Of a DNA stretch of 64,000 bases, positions 26,938 through 36,347 are shown piece by piece. The notes below the pieces were generated by a model. The model did not search any database, was not told where the DNA came from, and saw nothing but the letters and a program-made list of their open reading frames with translations. The position numbers and the translations under genes are program-made. Position 1 is the first letter of the stretch. Every line of letters begins with the position of its first letter. The stretch lies in the IMG/VR virus record IMGVR_UViG_3300027706_000278; one strand, given 5' to 3'. This DNA is from an uncultured virus (IMG/VR IMGVR_UViG_3300027706_000278) (Duplodnaviria > Heunggongvirae > Uroviricota > Caudoviricetes).

Positions 26938-27630
26938 CTATTCGTTGTCCTCCGTAACGCGATCCGCGAAGCCCTGCGCGAAGGCGCGCATCTCCTCGGC
27001 GCTGGCGATCTCTTCCGGCGACAGCTTGCGGACAAACTTCACGGCCGCCTTGCCGTATACCTTGCCCTGCGGGTTCTGCGCCTTCTCCAGTTCGAAGCGC
27101 AGGATGCAGTGGTGGTACTGGATGCCCTGCGTCACCAGCCGCACAAAGAACTGGCGCACCGCCTTGAGACTGGTGGGCGGGATCGACAGCACTTCGGGCA
27201 GCCGCGAGGAGCCGTGCGCGATGAGCAACTGGCGCGACTCCTTGCAGGCCTGGGCCTCGCCGGCGCTGCCCCATTTGGCGAGCGGGCACTTGGCGCACTC
27301 GCCGCCAGGAGTCCCCTGGCCGGTCTTGCCATCGCGCGACGAGCAGTCGGGCGGGACCTTGCCGGCGTCCTTCGACTGGTAGTACGTCCGGCTTTTCCGG
27401 TCGTACAGGACCACGCACTCGATGGCCGGTTCGGTCTTGTCGCCCTCGACGACATCCGAGATGAGCCACTGGGCCATGCCGGGGGTGACCTTGATGCGCG
27501 GCAAATCGAATTCCGTGATCGTGCCGTCGCGGCAGTTGGTGTCGAACGCCGCCATGACCTCCTTGCGCTCTTCGTCGGGCATGGTGAGCACAAGCGGCGC
27601 GCCAATGTTCTTTACAAGTTCGTGAGACAT
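26938..27630 (-). CDS. Phage ssDNA-binding-like protein
   Basis: PPDCSSRDG...CAKCPLAKWGS...ACK...LSIPPTSLK; located in the replication module. Confidence 0.6.
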   Translation of the reverse strand: MSHELVKNIGAPLVLTMPDEERKEVMAAFDTNCRDGTITEFDLPRIKVTPGMAQWLISDVVEGDKTEPAIECVVLYDRKSRTYYQSKDAGKVPPDCSSRDGKTGQGTPGGECAKCPLAKWGSAGEAQACKESRQLLIAHGSSRLPEVLSIPPTSLKAVRQFFVRLVTQGIQYHHCILRFELEKAQNPQGKVYGKAAVKFVRKLSPEEIASAEEMRAFAQGFADRVTEDNE

Positions 27631-27648
27631 GCTTCTCCTTTCGTGAAA

Positions 27649-27894
27649 TCAGTACTCTCTGCTGCGAAACTCGAACTGCGATTCGGGAGGCACCTTCTCG
27701 CGCCACGGCTCAGACCGCACGACGGGCCACTCTGGACCCCACACGCGGCGGAAAAGCTCGTGTTGCTCGGGGCTGAAGTGCGCCTCGTGGACCTCGACAA
27801 CGATCCGGCCGGCGTAATCGGTTTCCACGCGCCGGTATCCCTTAGCGCGGAGATCCCGGACCTTGCGCCTGCGAATCGCCTCTTCCTGGGACAT
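27649..27894 (-). CDS. Hypothetical protein
   Basis: AGGAG RBS; co-oriented. Confidence 0.6.
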   Translation of the reverse strand: MSQEEAIRRRKVRDLRAKGYRRVETDYAGRIVVEVHEAHFSPEQHELFRRVWGPEWPVVRSEPWREKVPPESQFEFRSREY

Positions 27895-27901
27895 GGTTCT
27901 C

Positions 27902-28360
27902 CTACGCTTTCCTGGTGCTGCTGAGCTTGTGAATGATCGAGATCTTCAGGACGGCCTGGAGCGGGGCCGGGAGCGCCGCCCGCAAGTCGTCGTCGGTCAC
28001 GATGCGCTCCGCGCGCGTGGCGACCTGCCGCAGTTCCTTCCAGATCTCGCGCACGTAAGCGGTGAGCGACTGGGTGTTGTAGTTCTCCGCGACATATTGG
28101 CCCAGCTCCGACTGCTTCAGCGCATCGACGACCTCCTCGCGGTCGTTGAGCGGGCTGGCGTACACATCCGGATAGATCGAGAGCGTGCGCTTGGCGCCGT
28201 CCACCTCGACGGTCATCGAGGGCACACCCTCCTCGATGAACATGGGGATGATGGTCCCCTCAAGTTCGTCGAGGCGCTGCTGAGTCGCCTTGAGATCCGC
28301 GTTCAAGTCGCGCTTGTGGTTTTCAAGGGACACAAATTCCCTGAGCGGTTCGAGATTCAT
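27902..28360 (-). CDS. Hypothetical coiled-coil phage protein
   Basis: 152 aa ORF in the operon. Confidence 0.7.
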   Translation of the reverse strand: MNLEPLREFVSLENHKRDLNADLKATQQRLDELEGTIIPMFIEEGVPSMTVEVDGAKRTLSIYPDVYASPLNDREEVVDALKQSELGQYVAENYNTQSLTAYVREIWKELRQVATRAERIVTDDDLRAALPAPLQAVLKISIIHKLSSTRKA

Positions 28361-28384
28361 TACCGGCTTGTCCTTTCCTGCCTG

Positions 28385-30118
28385 TTAGTTCTTGATCTCC
28401 GCGAGGATCGACTCCACGATGTCCTGGCGCTTTGCCAGCGCACGGATCACCTTCACGTCCACCGTGTTCCTCGCGACCAGGTGGATATGCGTTACCGGCC
28501 TCTCCTGGCCAGGCCGGTGGGTGCGCTTCTTGGCCTGCTCATACTTCTCCAGGCGGAAGCCGATCGAATAGAAGATCGAATAGCGCGCGCGCACAAATTC
28601 CACGCCCTCGCTGCCCGATTCGATCTGTACGGCGAGCACCTGCGCCTCGCCGTTCTGCCAGCGCCGCAGCTCGTCGCGCCGGCCGGAGAGTTCCATACTC
28701 GAATAACCGTTCTGCTCGCACGCCTTGTGAACGGCGTCGAGATCCGCGTGGAACCGGCAGAACACGACCACCGGCTCCTCCTTGCCGATGTCCTCCAGGG
28801 TGTCGGCCAGGAGCTTCAACTTGCTCGAATCGATGCGATGGACGCCGCCGTCGTCGGTGGGCACGCAGCCGCCAGTCACCTGCTGGAGGCGCAGCAGCTT
28901 CACCATCGCGTTGGCCGCCGTGACCGTGCCGTCTTTCACGCGCGCCACGAAGTCCTCGTCGAGGTCCTTGTAAATCCGGGCGGCCTCGCCGGTGAGCGCG
29001 CAGTGATAGGTGACCTCTGTAGCGGGCGGCAGGTCCAGGACCTCGGGGCCGACACGGAACGTGATCCGGCCCATGAGCCTTTCCAGTTCCTCGATGTTCT
29101 GGTAGCCGGTGATCTGCTTGCGCTGATAGCCGCCCATAACGGCGTACTTCTGACGGAACGCGGAGAACGAGGGCCCGAGGATCGAGATGTCCAGGAACCG
29201 GAACACCGCATAGATGTCCATGGGGCCATGCGGCATGGGCGTCCCGGTGAGCGCCAGGCGGTAGCTCGCGCGGGTGCGCAAGCGCTTGAACTCCATTGAC
29301 GCCTTGCCGCCCGGCGTCTTCAGCCGGTGGGCCTCGTCGGCGATGACGAGATCCCAAAACAGGCTCTCGGCCCAGGACGCGAACGGTTCGCGCCATGCGG
29401 AGTCGTAATTGACGACCGCCACAAAGGGAACATTGCGGGCGCGCGCCAGTTTCATCTTCTCCGCGGCCAACTCCCGCTTCTGTGCGACCGACCCGGCGTC
29501 CTCATCAAGCGCGACAATCACAACCGGGATACCCACGTGTCGGGCGAACTGCGCCTGCCACACCTGGATCACCCGCAGGGGGCAGGCAACAATCATGCAG
29601 AACGGGTTGTCCCGAGGCTCCTTGCGCGCCGCCAGCGTCAAGGCCAGTGCGCAGGCCACGAGGCTTTTGCCCGTGCCCATGCCCATGGCCAGGAGGAGGC
29701 CGTGCATGCCAGCCCCGAATCTGTCCATGCAGAACCGGAAGGCAGCCCTCTGGTGCCGCCATAGCGGAGTGAGGATGCCCGGAATGATGATGTCCGGCTC
29801 GGGTATCACCACCTCCGGCACGACCACGGGCGCGGAGGAGGGAGCGGTGACCAACGCGCCCGTGGCAGGAGGCGGGGGAACGATAGCCCCGGTGCCGGAA
29901 ATCAATGCGTCGAACTCGGGCGTCGTCTGGATCGCGCGCAGCTTCGCCAGCAGTTTGCGCGCGTTGCCCTCAGTCGCCGGCCAGAGCCACGCGCGGTGAA
30001 GGTTCCCCCACCGCCCGCCGAGGCGCTGCATGAGCAGCAAGTCGGCGAGCGACGGTGGCACGACCTGGATGCGGCCGTCCTTCACGCTCACGTGCGTCGG
30101 CTGGACCGGCAGTCTCAT
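28385..30118 (-). CDS. SNF2-family helicase/ATPase
   Basis: MGMGTGKS, DEAH, ALTGTP, QAKKRTHRPGQ. Confidence 0.92.
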   Translation of the reverse strand: MRLPVQPTHVSVKDGRIQVVPPSLADLLLMQRLGGRWGNLHRAWLWPATEGNARKLLAKLRAIQTTPEFDALISGTGAIVPPPPATGALVTAPSSAPVVVPEVVIPEPDIIIPGILTPLWRHQRAAFRFCMDRFGAGMHGLLLAMGMGTGKSLVACALALTLAARKEPRDNPFCMIVACPLRVIQVWQAQFARHVGIPVVIVALDEDAGSVAQKRELAAEKMKLARARNVPFVAVVNYDSAWREPFASWAESLFWDLVIADEAHRLKTPGGKASMEFKRLRTRASYRLALTGTPMPHGPMDIYAVFRFLDISILGPSFSAFRQKYAVMGGYQRKQITGYQNIEELERLMGRITFRVGPEVLDLPPATEVTYHCALTGEAARIYKDLDEDFVARVKDGTVTAANAMVKLLRLQQVTGGCVPTDDGGVHRIDSSKLKLLADTLEDIGKEEPVVVFCRFHADLDAVHKACEQNGYSSMELSGRRDELRRWQNGEAQVLAVQIESGSEGVEFVRARYSIFYSIGFRLEKYEQAKKRTHRPGQERPVTHIHLVARNTVDVKVIRALAKRQDIVESILAEIKN

Positions 30119-30360
30119 GCAGCACGTTCCTCCTGGCACATTTCGCGCAGGCGCCGGATCGCTTCGCGCTTCACGGCTTCGAGCCGTGCGGAGACGCCCT
30201 CGCCATTGCAGAACTTGGTTGCCCACCGGAGCGTGATGGGCTTGCCGCCGAACTCCGGCTCGGCGCTGACCGCGACCATCATCTGCGGCACGCCTCTGTG
30301 GTCGCGATTCTTGCGCGGCCGGCGTTTGGAGACACGTTTCCTGTATGTCGTGTACGCCAT
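30115..30360 (-). CDS. Small basic hypothetical protein
   Basis: ATGA-coupled to SNF2. Confidence 0.55.
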   Translation of the reverse strand: MAYTTYRKRVSKRRPRKNRDHRGVPQMMVAVSAEPEFGGKPITLRWATKFCNGEGVSARLEAVKREAIRRLREMCQEERAA

Positions 30361-30518
30361 GCTTATCTCGTCAGCCTTCGTGCAGGGACACTTCAGGCGT
30401 GCGACGTGGTCCTCACCGGATTAGAGCGCCGGGGAATGCCGCCAGGCGTTCTGCCTGCGGCGTCGCTCGCCTCTCGCGGGAAGCGCCCTGAAGGGCCGCA
30501 CTCTCGAACTACAATGCA

Positions 30519-30547
30519 AAAGTAATCGAAGTTCCAAATACGGTCAA
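30519..30547 (-). promoter_or_regulatory. Sigma70-like promoter for the replication-integrase operon
   Basis: TTGACC-17 nt-TACTTT in an AT-rich intergenic gap; GAACT...AGTTC dyad overlaps the -10. Confidence 0.55.
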
Positions 30548-30785
30548 TGCCTTATGAAAACCTACTTGTCCCGATTTGAGCTATCCATCTGAATCCAGAG
30601 GTCCATAGAGTTACCCTCCCGGATCGATTTGGAAGTTCAAAATCTTAAACTCTGATTAGAATTGTTGGTGTAGCAATTGGAACTAACGCAGGGCGAGGGA
30701 CTTATCGCGTCGAGCGCGACGGTGGGATTGGGTGGCGGGACAGATGAAGGGGGGCCGCCAGGATCGCTCCTGGCGGCTGATGTTG

Positions 30786-31163
30786 CTATGTAGTGGGCGG
30801 CTGTGTGAACCCAGGACCGTGCGGTACTAACGGCGGATCGCAATTTGCGGGCGGGCACCGCGCGTGGCGGATCTCGCAGCGCTCGTCCATGCGGTCGAAC
30901 CGTGTGCTGAGAGCCATGATCTCGCGCCCGAGGCCGGCGCGGATTTCGATGATGAGCTTCTCGCTGACATACTTGCCGTTGATGGCGTTCAGCACTTCGT
31001 CCTTCCAGCGGGCGAACTCCTCAATCATCGAGGCTTTGAGTGCGGCGGCGTCGGCCTCGAATCTCGCCTGGACCGTGGCGAGGCGCAGGCCGACGTAAAT
31101 GTTGATGGCGACGGAAATAATCCCGATCGCCGAGATGATGGCGGTGATCTCTTGCGGCGTCAC
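30786..31163 (-). CDS. N-terminal TM + coiled-coil protein (lysis accessory/holin-like)
   Basis: ITAIISAIGIISVAINIYVGL TM segment; Cys/Pro-rich tail; GTGA-coupled. Confidence 0.6.
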   Translation of the reverse strand: MTPQEITAIISAIGIISVAINIYVGLRLATVQARFEADAAALKASMIEEFARWKDEVLNAINGKYVSEKLIIEIRAGLGREIMALSTRFDRMDERCEIRHARCPPANCDPPLVPHGPGFTQPPTT

Positions 31164-31348
31164 TTGTTGTCCTCCGGAGCGTTCTTGCGGCCGACCATGC
31201 TTCGGCCAAGCACGCCCAGCGCGAAGGGAATCAGGTCCTCGCCCTTGGGCACCTTGAGCAGCCACAGCCCCGCGCCCATCGCGATGAGGATGAGGCAGAC
31301 CACGATGTGGCCTGCCTCACGTTCGAAATAATCGGCGCGGATCGGCAT
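31160..31348 (-). CDS. Putative holin (2 TM)
   Basis: 62 aa, two hydrophobic segments, charged C-terminus. Confidence 0.55.
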   Translation of the reverse strand: MPIRADYFEREAGHIVVCLILIAMGAGLWLLKVPKGEDLIPFALGVLGRSMVGRKNAPEDNK

Positions 31349-31351
31349 GGC

Positions 31352-31852
31352 TTATTTCGTTCCCTGGAACGTGTAGCCGATCTGCGCGTGAAACCACGGT
31401 TGCCAGCCCGGATTGACGGGCGAATAAATCTCTCGCGCCGCAAGCGTGAAACCCCAGTTCGGTGCGCGCGCAGGATGGAACGTCAGGCCGCCGCCGAGCG
31501 TGGCCGCCAGGCCAACCGCAGACCCCGTGACCGCCGCGCCGCCCTGTCCCAGGACAAACAGATCCACTTTGATCGCGGGCGAGGAAGCGGTCGCCACGAC
31601 CTGCCGCACGCCGGTGGACGTGGAGTACACGAGATTCTTCGGGTCCTTCACCGAGCCGCGCGCCTCGAATCCGGTGAGCGAGCACGTGTTGGCGCTCGCG
31701 TTGCAGATGCCGATGGCGAGGTTAGCCGCGCCGAACGGCGAGGTGGTATAAAGACTCGGCCCGGCGCCCACGTAAATCGCCGTCTGGCCGAACGCGCCGG
31801 TTGCCACAAGCAGCACCAGGAGCGCAAAAATACACGTCTTGAGTCGGAACAT
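31352..31852 (-). CDS. Signal-peptide beta-strand protein, possible outer-membrane barrel
   Basis: Signal peptide ending AFG|Q; amphipathic strands; QIGYTF near the C-terminus. Confidence 0.6.
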   Translation of the reverse strand: MFRLKTCIFALLVLLVATGAFGQTAIYVGAGPSLYTTSPFGAANLAIGICNASANTCSLTGFEARGSVKDPKNLVYSTSTGVRQVVATASSPAIKVDLFVLGQGGAAVTGSAVGLAATLGGGLTFHPARAPNWGFTLAAREIYSPVNPGWQPWFHAQIGYTFQGTK

Positions 31853-31893
31853 ACTGCCTTCTTTCTGCCCGGAGATCGCCGGGCGCGAGTTGA

Positions 31894-32163
31894 TTAGCGG
31901 GCCTGGACCTGTACGATGAACGACCTCTCGTCGATCCGGCCTGCCGCCGTGGTGATCTTGTTGGTCACCGTGTATGACTGGCCCACAGCCCCGCCCGACA
32001 ACCACGCGGTGGCTTGGGTGGCCGAATTCGTCTCATCCGAGACTGCAAGCGCGGAGTCGCTAACGGACCATGTGCTTTCCTCGATCTGGTCGCCGGCCAG
32101 CCACTTCGACCAGTCCACCGAGTAATCCAGAACGGCATTGGGGTCCTTCGTGAAGGTCATCAT
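31894..32163 (-). CDS. Tail fibre/tail adaptor-type protein
   Basis: KDPNAVLDYSVDWSKWL...WLSGG...VTNKITT. Confidence 0.7.
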   Translation of the reverse strand: MMTFTKDPNAVLDYSVDWSKWLAGDQIEESTWSVSDSALAVSDETNSATQATAWLSGGAVGQSYTVTNKITTAAGRIDERSFIVQVQAR

Positions 32164-32726
32164 GAGGCGATCCTTCGGAGTTCGGCGGGCACGATAATGG
32201 TCCTGCTCTCGCCATCCACCGGCACCCGCCGCACCTCACGCAGCACGACCGCTACACGCGACTCGGCAACCGCGATGGCCCGCGTTTCGGAGGGCACGAC
32301 CAAGACGCGGATGCCGGGCGTCTTAGCCAGTCGCCGGATCGTCTCCAGGACGGCTGCGGCGTTCGAGGAGCCGAGAACGACGCCAGCGAATGCACGAGCA
32401 TAGGCGAGATGCCCCGTCACCTGGGCGACGCCTTCGGCGGTCCCGCGAATGCTGCGCAGCCGTGCCAGGCGCGCGGAGGCCGCCGAGGACCCGGCAGCCA
32501 GCGCGCGCATGACGCGGTACGCCCGGAACGTACCAGAGGTGGTCCCCCGGCCAGTCGCCGCCCGTGCCAGAAGACTGCGGATGCGGACGAGGCGGCCGGA
32601 GACGGAGGCCGCGCCGAACGCGCCTCCGGTGACCGACCGGAGCGCCGCAAGTTGCGCGCCGATGCTGCTCCGGCCGAGGACGGCTCCGGCCAGAGCGCGC
32701 GTGTTGTTGAACAGCAAGAGGAGCAT
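32160..32726 (-). CDS. Tail-associated protein with A/G/S/R repeats
   Basis: Repeated A-G-S-S-x-A-x-L units; tail accessory context. Confidence 0.55.
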   Translation of the reverse strand: MLLLLFNNTRALAGAVLGRSSIGAQLAALRSVTGGAFGAASVSGRLVRIRSLLARAATGRGTTSGTFRAYRVMRALAAGSSAASARLARLRSIRGTAEGVAQVTGHLAYARAFAGVVLGSSNAAAVLETIRRLAKTPGIRVLVVPSETRAIAVAESRVAVVLREVRRVPVDGESRTIIVPAELRRIAS

Positions 32727-32743
32727 CGTGTCCTACGGCTTGA

Positions 32744-33520
32744 CTACCGCTCCCACCACCCCATCTCGAACTCGAACGAGAGGCCCGTCGCGGCGTTGCC
32801 GGGGAACCAGGCGTACACCGTGAGCGCGGAGTTGGGGCCAAGGATCACGGGCGGGATGCCGGTCACCTTACGGCCAGGGCAAACCGCCTGCGCCGCCGTG
32901 AGGCCGGGGTACGCGCCGGGATCGGCGGCACCGCAGACCAGCACGAATTCATCACCGACGATGGGCAGGCCGCCCATGCTGCCGTTCGCCACGACACGCG
33001 CGGAACCCGAGGACGCGGTGAGCACCGAAGCCGAGGAGTTGTTCTGCGCGTTGATCGAGCAGACGGACTGCATGGCCACGTCGGAGTTGGGCGAGGTCGG
33101 CGTGATCGCGAGCGTGTTGTTGGTCGAGAGCGTGCGGAGCTGCGGGTCCGTCTTGATGGCGAAGCGCGCTCCGGTCGCCGAGGCGGGCGCCGTGGTGCAG
33201 ATGAGCTTGATGTAGTCCAGATACATGCGCTTGCCGAAGGGGTTGGCCTTCGAGTCGTTGTTCTGGATGTACAGCAGAGGCGTCGTGTCCGAGAAGGCCG
33301 CCTGAATGTTGTACGCCTGCGCGGTGCCGGGTGTCACGTTGGTCGCGATGAAGTACGAGCCTTCATCGGCGAGCACGTGCTTGGTCACGGTCAACGGCAG
33401 GACGAACTGCTCGCCATACCGGCCTCCGCGCACGTTCGTCACCGGGGCCTTCTGATCCGCCTGCGGCGAGGGGATCGCCCTGGCGGGCGTCCAGAGTTGA
33501 TTTACATCGATTCCGGGCAT
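32744..33520 (-). CDS. Virion structural (beta-rich) protein
   Basis: Start MPGIDVNQ after AAGGAG. Confidence 0.65.
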   Translation of the reverse strand: MPGIDVNQLWTPARAIPSPQADQKAPVTNVRGGRYGEQFVLPLTVTKHVLADEGSYFIATNVTPGTAQAYNIQAAFSDTTPLLYIQNNDSKANPFGKRMYLDYIKLICTTAPASATGARFAIKTDPQLRTLSTNNTLAITPTSPNSDVAMQSVCSINAQNNSSASVLTASSGSARVVANGSMGGLPIVGDEFVLVCGAADPGAYPGLTAAQAVCPGRKVTGIPPVILGPNSALTVYAWFPGNAATGLSFEFEMGWWER

Positions 33521-33542
33521 ACTTGGTTCTCCTTTCGAGTGA

Positions 33543-34715
33543 CTACTGGATGGGCAGGTGCGCGGGCATAACGCCGCCCTTGATATCAAGGGCATCGCCG
33601 CCAGCGAGAGCCTGCAAGATCAAAAGCAACAGAGCGTTCGTTTCACGGAGTTCCTGGCGAAGCAGGGTGATTGCGGAGTCGGCGACCTGAAGGACGCCGG
33701 TCGAGTCCGTGAGGAGCTTGCGCGCCGTGCCCACCATGCTCGGGTTGGGCGCGGCATACGAGGGGCTGACCACCGGCAGGCCATCCACACCGCCGATCAG
33801 CAAGAACGTGGGCTGGTTGGTCGTCTGGCCGTTCTGCGGAGTGCCGTCGATGGCGGCGGTGGGCTGGCGCGCAAAGCCCGAGGACGTGCCATCGCCCCCG
33901 ACGACCGGGACCATCAACGTGCTCCCGAGGGCCGCCCCAATGGTCAGCGGGCCAAGGATGGTCGGACGCCCGCTCGCATCCACTCCCAGCGCGATGGGAT
34001 TACCGCCCGACATGCCGTGCGCCACGACCGAGGGGCTGGGCTCCGTGGCGTTCGTGTATCGGCTCGCCTGCAACTGCGCCAGCCCCGACGTGAACACGGT
34101 CACTCGCACTCTGAAATACGCGAAGCCCGAGAGCATGAAGTCCCACGCCAGATTGAGCGCGTTGATCGCAGGGTTGCTGTCAAGCTGGCCGTTGGTCGTC
34201 CTGCAACCAGCAACGGTCACCCACGGGCCGAGCACCGGATCGGCGACCGTCGCCTCGAAGATGACCGTGAGGTTGTACGTGCCGGAGACCTGGAGCGTCA
34301 GGCCGTTGGCACCCGCCAGAGGGATCGGACCCCAGATCGCGCCGTTGGCGCCCAGCGCGCCGCCCAGAAGCGGCAGGTTGGCCGAGGCGATGGGCACGGG
34401 GTCGTGATCGCTGGCCAGCACTACGGGGACGCAACTACCAGACTGGGAGCGCCCCTGGTGAACGATGCGGACGTGGAGCACCTCATCCGGCCCGTTGACC
34501 ACCTTTACGTTCGCGTTGCCGGTCTTCAGATCCTCGATGTCGGCCTCGGTGACATAGGTCTGGAGCGAGCCTTGCCCATCGCTCTGGATGGCGTCGCGAG
34601 ATCCCTCCGTGCCATCCATCAACTTCACGCGCTGGTAATGCGCACCGGTCTGCGGGTCCTGGTCGGTCGCGATCACCGCGCCCTGGCCGGGGCTAATCGA
34701 AACGTTATCGGGCAT
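33543..34715 (-). CDS. Tail/collar fibre-like protein
   Basis: Start MPDNVSISPG after GAGGAG; HYQRVKL motif. Confidence 0.65.
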   Translation of the reverse strand: MPDNVSISPGQGAVIATDQDPQTGAHYQRVKLMDGTEGSRDAIQSDGQGSLQTYVTEADIEDLKTGNANVKVVNGPDEVLHVRIVHQGRSQSGSCVPVVLASDHDPVPIASANLPLLGGALGANGAIWGPIPLAGANGLTLQVSGTYNLTVIFEATVADPVLGPWVTVAGCRTTNGQLDSNPAINALNLAWDFMLSGFAYFRVRVTVFTSGLAQLQASRYTNATEPSPSVVAHGMSGGNPIALGVDASGRPTILGPLTIGAALGSTLMVPVVGGDGTSSGFARQPTAAIDGTPQNGQTTNQPTFLLIGGVDGLPVVSPSYAAPNPSMVGTARKLLTDSTGVLQVADSAITLLRQELRETNALLLLILQALAGGDALDIKGGVMPAHLPIQ

Positions 34716-34719
34716 GGGG

Positions 34720-35121
34720 TTAGTCCTCCTCGACAACGAGCGAGCCCGGCGCAAACTGGCCAAAGTCGCCCTGCTGCACCACCTTGGGCGTCGCGAGCGT
34801 GTTCCAGTACAGGAGATTGCCGTTGGTCTGCGCGTCGAAGATGCCGAACGCAACCGCCTGGAGCCAGTCGGCGCCGGAGGCAGGCCCGAACTGGATATTG
34901 TTGGTGTTGGCGACCTGTTCCACGTTGCCAGAGGCCGGTCCGGGCGCACCGAACGTGATGCCTTGGCGAGCGTACCCGTGGCCGGCGAGTTCGGTTCCCG
35001 GCGACCCGTCGTCGCCGGGCGCGACCGAGAACAGGGCGACGAACGGCGTCACGCCGGACAGAGCATTACCGTTGAGCACGTTGAGCACGGCGTCGGAGTA
35101 GGCGTGCGATTTGCCGGGCAT
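34720..35121 (-). CDS. Phage tail fibre-associated protein
   Basis: FVALF...ELAGHGYARQGITFGAP...IFDAQTNGNLL. Confidence 0.75.
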   Translation of the reverse strand: MPGKSHAYSDAVLNVLNGNALSGVTPFVALFSVAPGDDGSPGTELAGHGYARQGITFGAPGPASGNVEQVANTNNIQFGPASGADWLQAVAFGIFDAQTNGNLLYWNTLATPKVVQQGDFGQFAPGSLVVEED

Positions 35122-35142
35122 GGTTGAGTGACGCTCCTTTCG

Positions 35143-35847
35143 TTACAGCGCATGCGCCGCGCCATAGGCCACGAGCCACAGCGCGGACTTGATCTTCTGC
35201 CACGTGGACTTCGGCTTGACGAAGGCGCTCGTGGCAGTGTGAACATCGGCGGTGATCCCCGCGATGTTGTCGCCGTTCCGAACAGCCGCATCCGCAAGTT
35301 TCGGGGCCGCCTTGCCGGTCGCTTCCGCAGCCTCGGCCACGCCACGCGCGGCCACAGTCGCCGATTCCACCGATGCCTTCACGTCCCAATACAGGTCGTC
35401 CCAGGAATCCCGCAGGTCCTTCACGGTGGTTTGAGTTTCCTGAAGCGCCGGTTTCAGATCCTCACGGATTCCGGCGAGCGTGCCGTTGGCGCTCGACAAT
35501 TGAGCATTGGCCGCAGCGACAGCCGTGTTGGTGGTCGTGATCGCCGCATCCACACGCGCCAGGGCGTCGCCGACGCGCCGGTCCAGGATCGACAATGCCC
35601 GATCCACCTTCGCCTGGGCATCGCCGGCTTGGGAGTTCACGGTGGCCAGCAGCTCGTGGCGCGTGACCGCGATCTCGCCCAAAAGAGCCACGCGCGTGGC
35701 CTGGCCCTCGGCAGTAATCGCCCCCGGCAACGCATGGGCGGCCCCCGTCGCGGCGTGAACGAGGAGGGTAGCCTGTACTGCCAGGCCGGCCAGGGCGGCC
35801 AAGACCGCGCACGTCAGCGCCAGCCGGAGCCTAAGCAAGGACGGCAT
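35143..35847 (-). CDS. N-terminal TM + long coiled-coil protein (spanin-like)
   Basis: Directly after the endolysin; TM segment then heptad repeats. Confidence 0.55.
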   Translation of the reverse strand: MPSLLRLRLALTCAVLAALAGLAVQATLLVHAATGAAHALPGAITAEGQATRVALLGEIAVTRHELLATVNSQAGDAQAKVDRALSILDRRVGDALARVDAAITTTNTAVAAANAQLSSANGTLAGIREDLKPALQETQTTVKDLRDSWDDLYWDVKASVESATVAARGVAEAAEATGKAAPKLADAAVRNGDNIAGITADVHTATSAFVKPKSTWQKIKSALWLVAYGAAHAL

Positions 35848-36325
35848 GGTTCGCCTCCTGGCGCGCCGCAACGATGGCGTTCGCCACGTTCGCCTGGCTT
35901 GCGATCAGGGACACCGTCGTGGCGTAATGCGGGTCCGTGGCATACGTCTTGGCGACCGCCGTAATGAGCGCGTGCAGGTCGCGCGTGGCCTGGTACGCCT
36001 GCCATGCCGCCTTATACGGTGCGCCCCGCGTGATGAGCCACGCGAAATCGCGGCAGGATTCCTCGAGCGACGAGTAATCGGCGAACGCCAGGTCCATCTT
36101 CACGCGCTCGCCGTCCAGAACCTCGGTCGTGGTCACGGTGCAGCACATCGTGTGGCGCGGGGCCATCTTGATCCCGAAGTAGTTATGCTGGCCCACGGGC
36201 TTGGCGCCCCACTGAGATTCGACCGCCCACTGCGCAATCATCAATTGCGCTGGACAGCCGGTTTCGGCTTGCAGCCGAACGGCAATGCGCGCGACTTCTT
36301 GAAGCCGCGAATCGCGGTCCTCCAT
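35831..36325 (-). CDS. Endolysin, glucosaminidase (GH73/FlgJ-like)
   Basis: AQWAVESQWG, NYFGIK, YATDPHY. Confidence 0.92.
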   Translation of the reverse strand: MEDRDSRLQEVARIAVRLQAETGCPAQLMIAQWAVESQWGAKPVGQHNYFGIKMAPRHTMCCTVTTTEVLDGERVKMDLAFADYSSLEESCRDFAWLITRGAPYKAAWQAYQATRDLHALITAVAKTYATDPHYATTVSLIASQANVANAIVAARQEANHAVLA

Positions 36326-36347
36326 AAAGCACCTCGTTGGTTGTGGA

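Noticed and set aside
30637..30858. 73-aa ORF
   Set aside because: Overlaps a better-supported gene and runs into the promoter gap
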